From: a bacterium
GTDB lineage: Bacteria; Bdellovibrionota_C; UBA2361; CALJRW01
Assembly (NCBI GenBank): GCA_031385045.1
Contig: JANNBC010000011.1
Coordinates: 17,857 to 81,856, forward strand
Length of the DNA stretch: 64,000 bases
Direction: 5' to 3'
Under the pieces are notes generated by a model. The model worked only from the letters and a program-made list of their open reading frames with translations, did no database searches and had not been told where the DNA came from. Shown here in pieces: positions 59,908 to 64,000 of the stretch (the stretch's first letter is position 1; every line of letters begins with the position of its first letter). The translations under genes were made by a program, and so were the position numbers.

Positions 59908-60280
59908 TATAAGTTAAAAATAAATTTAGTAGTCGTAAGGAGCAATATAGTGACTCTAAAAAGTAATCTGTTACAAAGCATTATGTGGTCACTATATTAT
60001 TTAGTTTTAAGCGGTTCAAACTTGGATATCCGCCGCCACAAATGCTTTGGCGTGACAAGAATCTAAGATTTGAACTAGCCGTAATTACAGTATTTAATTT
60101 ACTAACGTACATTAATTTTTTGTCATTACTATCTAAGTTCACAATAAACTAACTAGTCACATTAATTAAGATGCATAATTGAGCTAAAAAGTAACAATTA
60201 GCCTTTTCGCACGTCTCCATGTATTCATCGTATGAAACTAGATATTCCTTAATACATAACAATAACTTAGGTAACTTAAA

Positions 60281-63200
60281 TTGAAGTCACTTTCCAAAAC
60301 ATATCTTGGTCTCTGCAATAGCTCTGCTAATGCCTGGCAACTATCTAAAATTATTGATTTTTCTGTCACGAATCTAATTATTACCAACTCCAATCAGGAA
60401 GCTCAAAACATTTACCAAGACCTAGCTTACTTCTCAGGAAACCAAAATCTAACACTGTTTAATAACTGGGAGATTTTACCTTACGAAAATAACTCTCCCC
60501 ACCCAGAAACCTCCTCGCAACGGATTAAAGAACTATTAAAAATTACCCAAAACCAACAGACAATCATAACAACAGTTCGAGCCGTTTTACAAAAGATCCC
60601 CGGCACCAAAAATTACCAAGACAACTCCCTAAACCTTGTACTTAAGAAGACCTACCTAGAAGCAGAATTAATTCAAAAGTTAGAACAAATTGGCTATCAA
60701 AGAAGTAGTACTGTCGAGCGACAAGGAGAATATAATTTTAAAGGAAAGGTTTTAGATATTTTTGCTAACCCAGACAACTTACCTATAAGACTAGAATTTG
60801 AATCATCATGTCTAATTAAAATTAGTTGCTTTGACTGGCAAACACAATTAAAAACCGGCGAAGAGAAACAAACTATTTCCATCTTACCAGTTAGAGAAAT
60901 TGACTACACTGTTAGCCCTCAGCAAATTCTAAATGCGATCAAACAGGCCGAGGTGCCAACAAAATATAAATTGGAACTAGAGCAACAACTTGGACTCTTG
61001 CAACTAAACTTTCCGGGGGTTGAAAACTTCACTCCACTATTAAATAAAAGCTTACAATCTCTACTGGAAATTATTCAAACTAATAAATCAAAAACAGCAC
61101 TCTATTTAATCGAGCCAGAAGCCCTAGAAGTTAGCTACCAAAAGTTTTATCAGCAATTAATTAAACGCTATGACAAACTAGCCTTAAAACAAGTAATCGC
61201 TCCGGCTAATGACTGCTTTGAGAGTATCGAATATTTTTTAAAGAATTGTACTGGAGCAACACTGCTTAAGTCTGAACAGAACGAGATTGATCATAAAATA
61301 AATTCCGAGATCATTAAAACACAAAATAACCAAGAAATTATTGCCCTCCAAAATTTAACATACGCTCAAAATCAACATCCAATTAACCCAGTTCTAAACG
61401 ATCTGGAAAAACAAGGTTATCAGATTAAGATCCTGGCTCAATCAGAGATTCGACAATCCCGAATCAAAGCTTTAATTGACCCAAAACTACTTAAGAAAGC
61501 TGAAATCCTAGCAGGCAATATTACTGCTGGCTTCAAAATACTAGCAAAAAAGATTATCTATATTTCAGAAAGTGATCTCTTTCCTGTTATTTCCAGAAGG
61601 CACAAACAAGAGCCGGCAAATACAAGCTTAAAATCTATTCTCAACACACTTTCCACCTTATCAATTGGTGATTTCATTATCCATGAAGATTATGGACGAG
61701 GAATTTATCAAGGACTAAAAAAAATGCAGGTTGCTGAGGCCTCAGGAGATTTTTTACAACTAAAGTATGCCGACAGCACACTCTACCTACCTGTTCAAAA
61801 GATAGGTCGACTGCAAAAATATGTTAGTAATAGCGAACAGGTTCCGGAATTGGATAAATTGGGCTCTAACAAATGGCCAACGCTCAAAAACAAGGTTAGA
61901 AAATCAATTCAAGAGTTAGCTGGAGAGCTTCTAAAACTTTACGCCCTGCGTGAAAATACTCCTGGCCAAACTTGTGCCCCATGGGGAACGCTTGATCAAG
62001 AATTTGCTGATTATTTTCCTTACAATGAAACACCTGATCAACTCCAAGCAATTCAAGAAACAATTTCCGATCTAAGCTCTGGTCAAGTAATGGAGCGATT
62101 AATATGCGGAGATGTTGGATTTGGAAAAACAGAGGTTGCACTACGAGCTGCTTTTAAGGTTGCCTCCGAAGGTTATCAAGTTGCTGTCTTAGCTCCCACT
62201 ACCTTGCTTGTCGATCAGCATCTCAAAAACTTTCGAGAGCGATTTAAATCATTTCCGATTCGCGTCGAAGCAATTTCCCGATTTTACTCAGCAAAACAAA
62301 ACCAAGAGACGCTAAATGAATTAGCGTCTGGGAAGATTGATCTGATTATTGGGACACATGCCCTCTTAAAAAATCGAAATATCTTTAAACGGCTTGGGCT
62401 GTTAGTGATCGACGAAGAACAAAGATTTGGAGTCAAACAAAAAGAACGAATTAAGCAAATGCAAAGTAATGTTCATGTTCTTTCCATGTCAGCAACTCCA
62501 ATTCCACGGACTCTCTACATGTCATTAATTGGCGTAAGAAAAATTAGCACCATTAGCTCCCCACCGGCAGAACGCTTGGCCGTTAAAACATATCTTATGG
62601 ATTATAGTGAAGAAGTCATTGAGGATGCGATCTGGAAAGAGATTCAGCGTGGGGGGCAAGTCTACTTCCTACATAATCAAATTAAAGATCTAGAACTAAC
62701 TTTAGCAAACCTTAAAAAACTAGTTCCTACGGCCCGCTTTGTTGCTGCCCATGGCCAAATGAATGAACATCAACTGGAAAAGATCATGAAAGATTTTATC
62801 AACAAGGAGTATGATGTTTTAATTACGACCACAATCATTGAAAATGGAATCGATCTTCCTAATGCCAACACCATGATTATCGATCGCGCCGATAAATTTG
62901 GCTTATCACAATTATACCAACTACGTGGTCGTGTCGGTCGAAGTAACCGCCAAGCTTTTACCTATCTCTTAGTTCCCAATATTAAAAAGATTACAACTGA
63001 TGCGAACGAACGACTCCGCGCGATGGAAAGTATTAATGACCTAGGTCAAGGATTTCAGCTAGCCATGCGCGATCTAGAGATTCGCGGTGCTGGCAATCTA
63101 CTAGGCAAAGAACAGTCAGGGAACATTACATTAATTGGCTTTGAGCTTTACTCAAAGCTTCTACAAGAAGCTATTTATAACCTTCAAGGACAAGAAACCT

Positions 63201-63661
63201 TAGAATTAATTGAGCCAGAAATTAAATTAACTTTTGATGCCTATATCCCTGATTGGTACTTACATGATCATACGGAGAGAATTGTTATTTACCAGAGAAT
63301 TGCTAGTCAAAATTCTGAGGAACAGTTAGATAGTCTCAAAATGGAAATAGAAGATCGCTATGGGCATCCTCCAATAGAATTGATCAATTATTTCGAAATG
63401 ATGAAGTTGCGTATTCTACTAAAAAGCTTGGGAATCTCAGAGTTAAATTATAAAAATGAGCAATTACTTTTTAAAATTGCAGAGCAGCATCGTCTAGATA
63501 CAGAAAAAGTTTTAGCAGTCTGCCTCTCTCGTCCTAAAAAATATAAACTCAGCCCGCGAGGTATTATTAGTATTCGTACAAATATTAAATACATCAACGA
63601 TCTCAATCTCTTAGCAGAATGGATCAGAACAGAGTTTCTGAAGTTTACTAAAGGAGCATAA
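60281..63661 (+). CDS. mfd: Transcription-repair coupling factor
   Basis: CarD/RID-like HEDYGRG, GDVGFGKTEV, DEEQRFGV, SATPIPRT, QLRGRVGRS, RDLEIRGAG, TRCF C-terminal domain. Confidence 0.97.
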   Translation: MKSLSKTYLGLCNSSANAWQLSKIIDFSVTNLIITNSNQEAQNIYQDLAYFSGNQNLTLFNNWEILPYENNSPHPETSSQRIKELLKITQNQQTIITTVRAVLQKIPGTKNYQDNSLNLVLKKTYLEAELIQKLEQIGYQRSSTVERQGEYNFKGKVLDIFANPDNLPIRLEFESSCLIKISCFDWQTQLKTGEEKQTISILPVREIDYTVSPQQILNAIKQAEVPTKYKLELEQQLGLLQLNFPGVENFTPLLNKSLQSLLEIIQTNKSKTALYLIEPEALEVSYQKFYQQLIKRYDKLALKQVIAPANDCFESIEYFLKNCTGATLLKSEQNEIDHKINSEIIKTQNNQEIIALQNLTYAQNQHPINPVLNDLEKQGYQIKILAQSEIRQSRIKALIDPKLLKKAEILAGNITAGFKILAKKIIYISESDLFPVISRRHKQEPANTSLKSILNTLSTLSIGDFIIHEDYGRGIYQGLKKMQVAEASGDFLQLKYADSTLYLPVQKIGRLQKYVSNSEQVPELDKLGSNKWPTLKNKVRKSIQELAGELLKLYALRENTPGQTCAPWGTLDQEFADYFPYNETPDQLQAIQETISDLSSGQVMERLICGDVGFGKTEVALRAAFKVASEGYQVAVLAPTTLLVDQHLKNFRERFKSFPIRVEAISRFYSAKQNQETLNELASGKIDLIIGTHALLKNRNIFKRLGLLVIDEEQRFGVKQKERIKQMQSNVHVLSMSATPIPRTLYMSLIGVRKISTISSPPAERLAVKTYLMDYSEEVIEDAIWKEIQRGGQVYFLHNQIKDLELTLANLKKLVPTARFVAAHGQMNEHQLEKIMKDFINKEYDVLITTTIIENGIDLPNANTMIIDRADKFGLSQLYQLRGRVGRSNRQAFTYLLVPNIKKITTDANERLRAMESINDLGQGFQLAMRDLEIRGAGNLLGKEQSGNITLIGFELYSKLLQEAIYNLQGQETLELIEPEIKLTFDAYIPDWYLHDHTERIVIYQRIASQNSEEQLDSLKMEIEDRYGHPPIELINYFEMMKLRILLKSLGISELNYKNEQLLFKIAEQHRLDTEKVLAVCLSRPKKYKLSPRGIISIRTNIKYINDLNLLAEWIRTEFLKFTKGA

Positions 63662-63876
63662 TTTGATGGACTTCAACTTTGACTTCATAGTAAATCTCTT
63701 GAGAACTTTTTAGATCTGGTATTATTGCTAATTGCTATTAGTTAAAGTTTGCCAACCAGGTATTCTTTTCTGCCCTCTCGACAACTTGGACAATTCCCGC
63801 GTATCAGCAAATCTCCCTGTTTCTAGCTGTTGATAATCTCTGGAAAGTATATTGCGAAGATATACTAAAACCCATT

Positions 63877-64000
63877 AGAGACTCTGTTAATAGTCAATAA
63901 AAAACAATTAAATGTTTTAAATATGTTGAGTTAAATATCGGTCACTAGACCATTGTTTTCCGTCCCGCACCATCGCATTTAAAGTAATTAGTAGCTTTCT
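63877..64000 (-). mobile_element. Right end of an IS110-family insertion sequence (truncated by the window edge)
   Basis: Transposase C-terminus followed on the minus strand by TTGACT-attaacagagtct-CT, the usual IS110 right-end layout (outward -35 box before a CT core). Confidence 0.7.
63917..64000 (-). CDS. IS110-family transposase, C-terminal 27 aa (partial)
   Basis: Not in ORF track. Minus strand reads RKLLITLNAMVRDGKQWSSDRYLTQHI*, matching the IS110 terminal motif RKL(L)xxLNAMxRDxxxW. Confidence 0.75.
   Translation of the reverse strand, partial: RKLLITLNAMVRDGKQWSSDRYLTQHI

Noticed and set aside
1741..62141. Numerous short ORFs antisense to or nested within long genes (e.g. 1741..1956, 3074..3373, 3379..3666, 32259..32717, 44691..44990, 59435..59734)
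   Set aside because: They overlap well-supported genes and show no recognisable motifs; typical shadow ORFs.
63662..63850. Possible gene fragment between mfd and the IS end
   Set aside because: Minus-strand frames are short and interrupted, with no recognisable protein motif.

Overview
AT-rich chromosomal window from a Gram-negative bacterium; taxonomy cannot be fixed from the sequence alone. Housekeeping backbone: tRNA-fMet, gcvP/gcvH/ald and divergent folD/gcvT, minCDE, pgpA, an RNase II-family nuclease, an ECF sigma/anti-sigma set, polA, lepB, rplU-rpmA-obgE-rsfS, desaturase, Sua5, rfbC, pilT-pilU and mfd. Small toxin-antitoxin-like or AAA modules are scattered between these genes. Four things stand out. 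(1) A tightly coupled operon at 50404-56894 encodes a GlmL/MutL-like actin-fold ATPase, four membrane proteins and a barrel-sandwich/KOW protein, with no glutamate mutase present; it sits downstream of pilT-pilU. (2) An orphan F-type traF / possibly split traH / traG cluster at 2574-8654 has no other conjugation genes in the window. (3) Two ~1200-aa tandem paralogs of unrecognised family plus a third orphan lie at 23357-32989. (4) At the right edge, missed by the ORF track, is the end of an IS110-family transposase gene; its flank matches an uninterrupted palindromic repeat at 22577-22602, which looks like an empty target site with a CT core. All family assignments come from motif recognition by eye, not from database searches.
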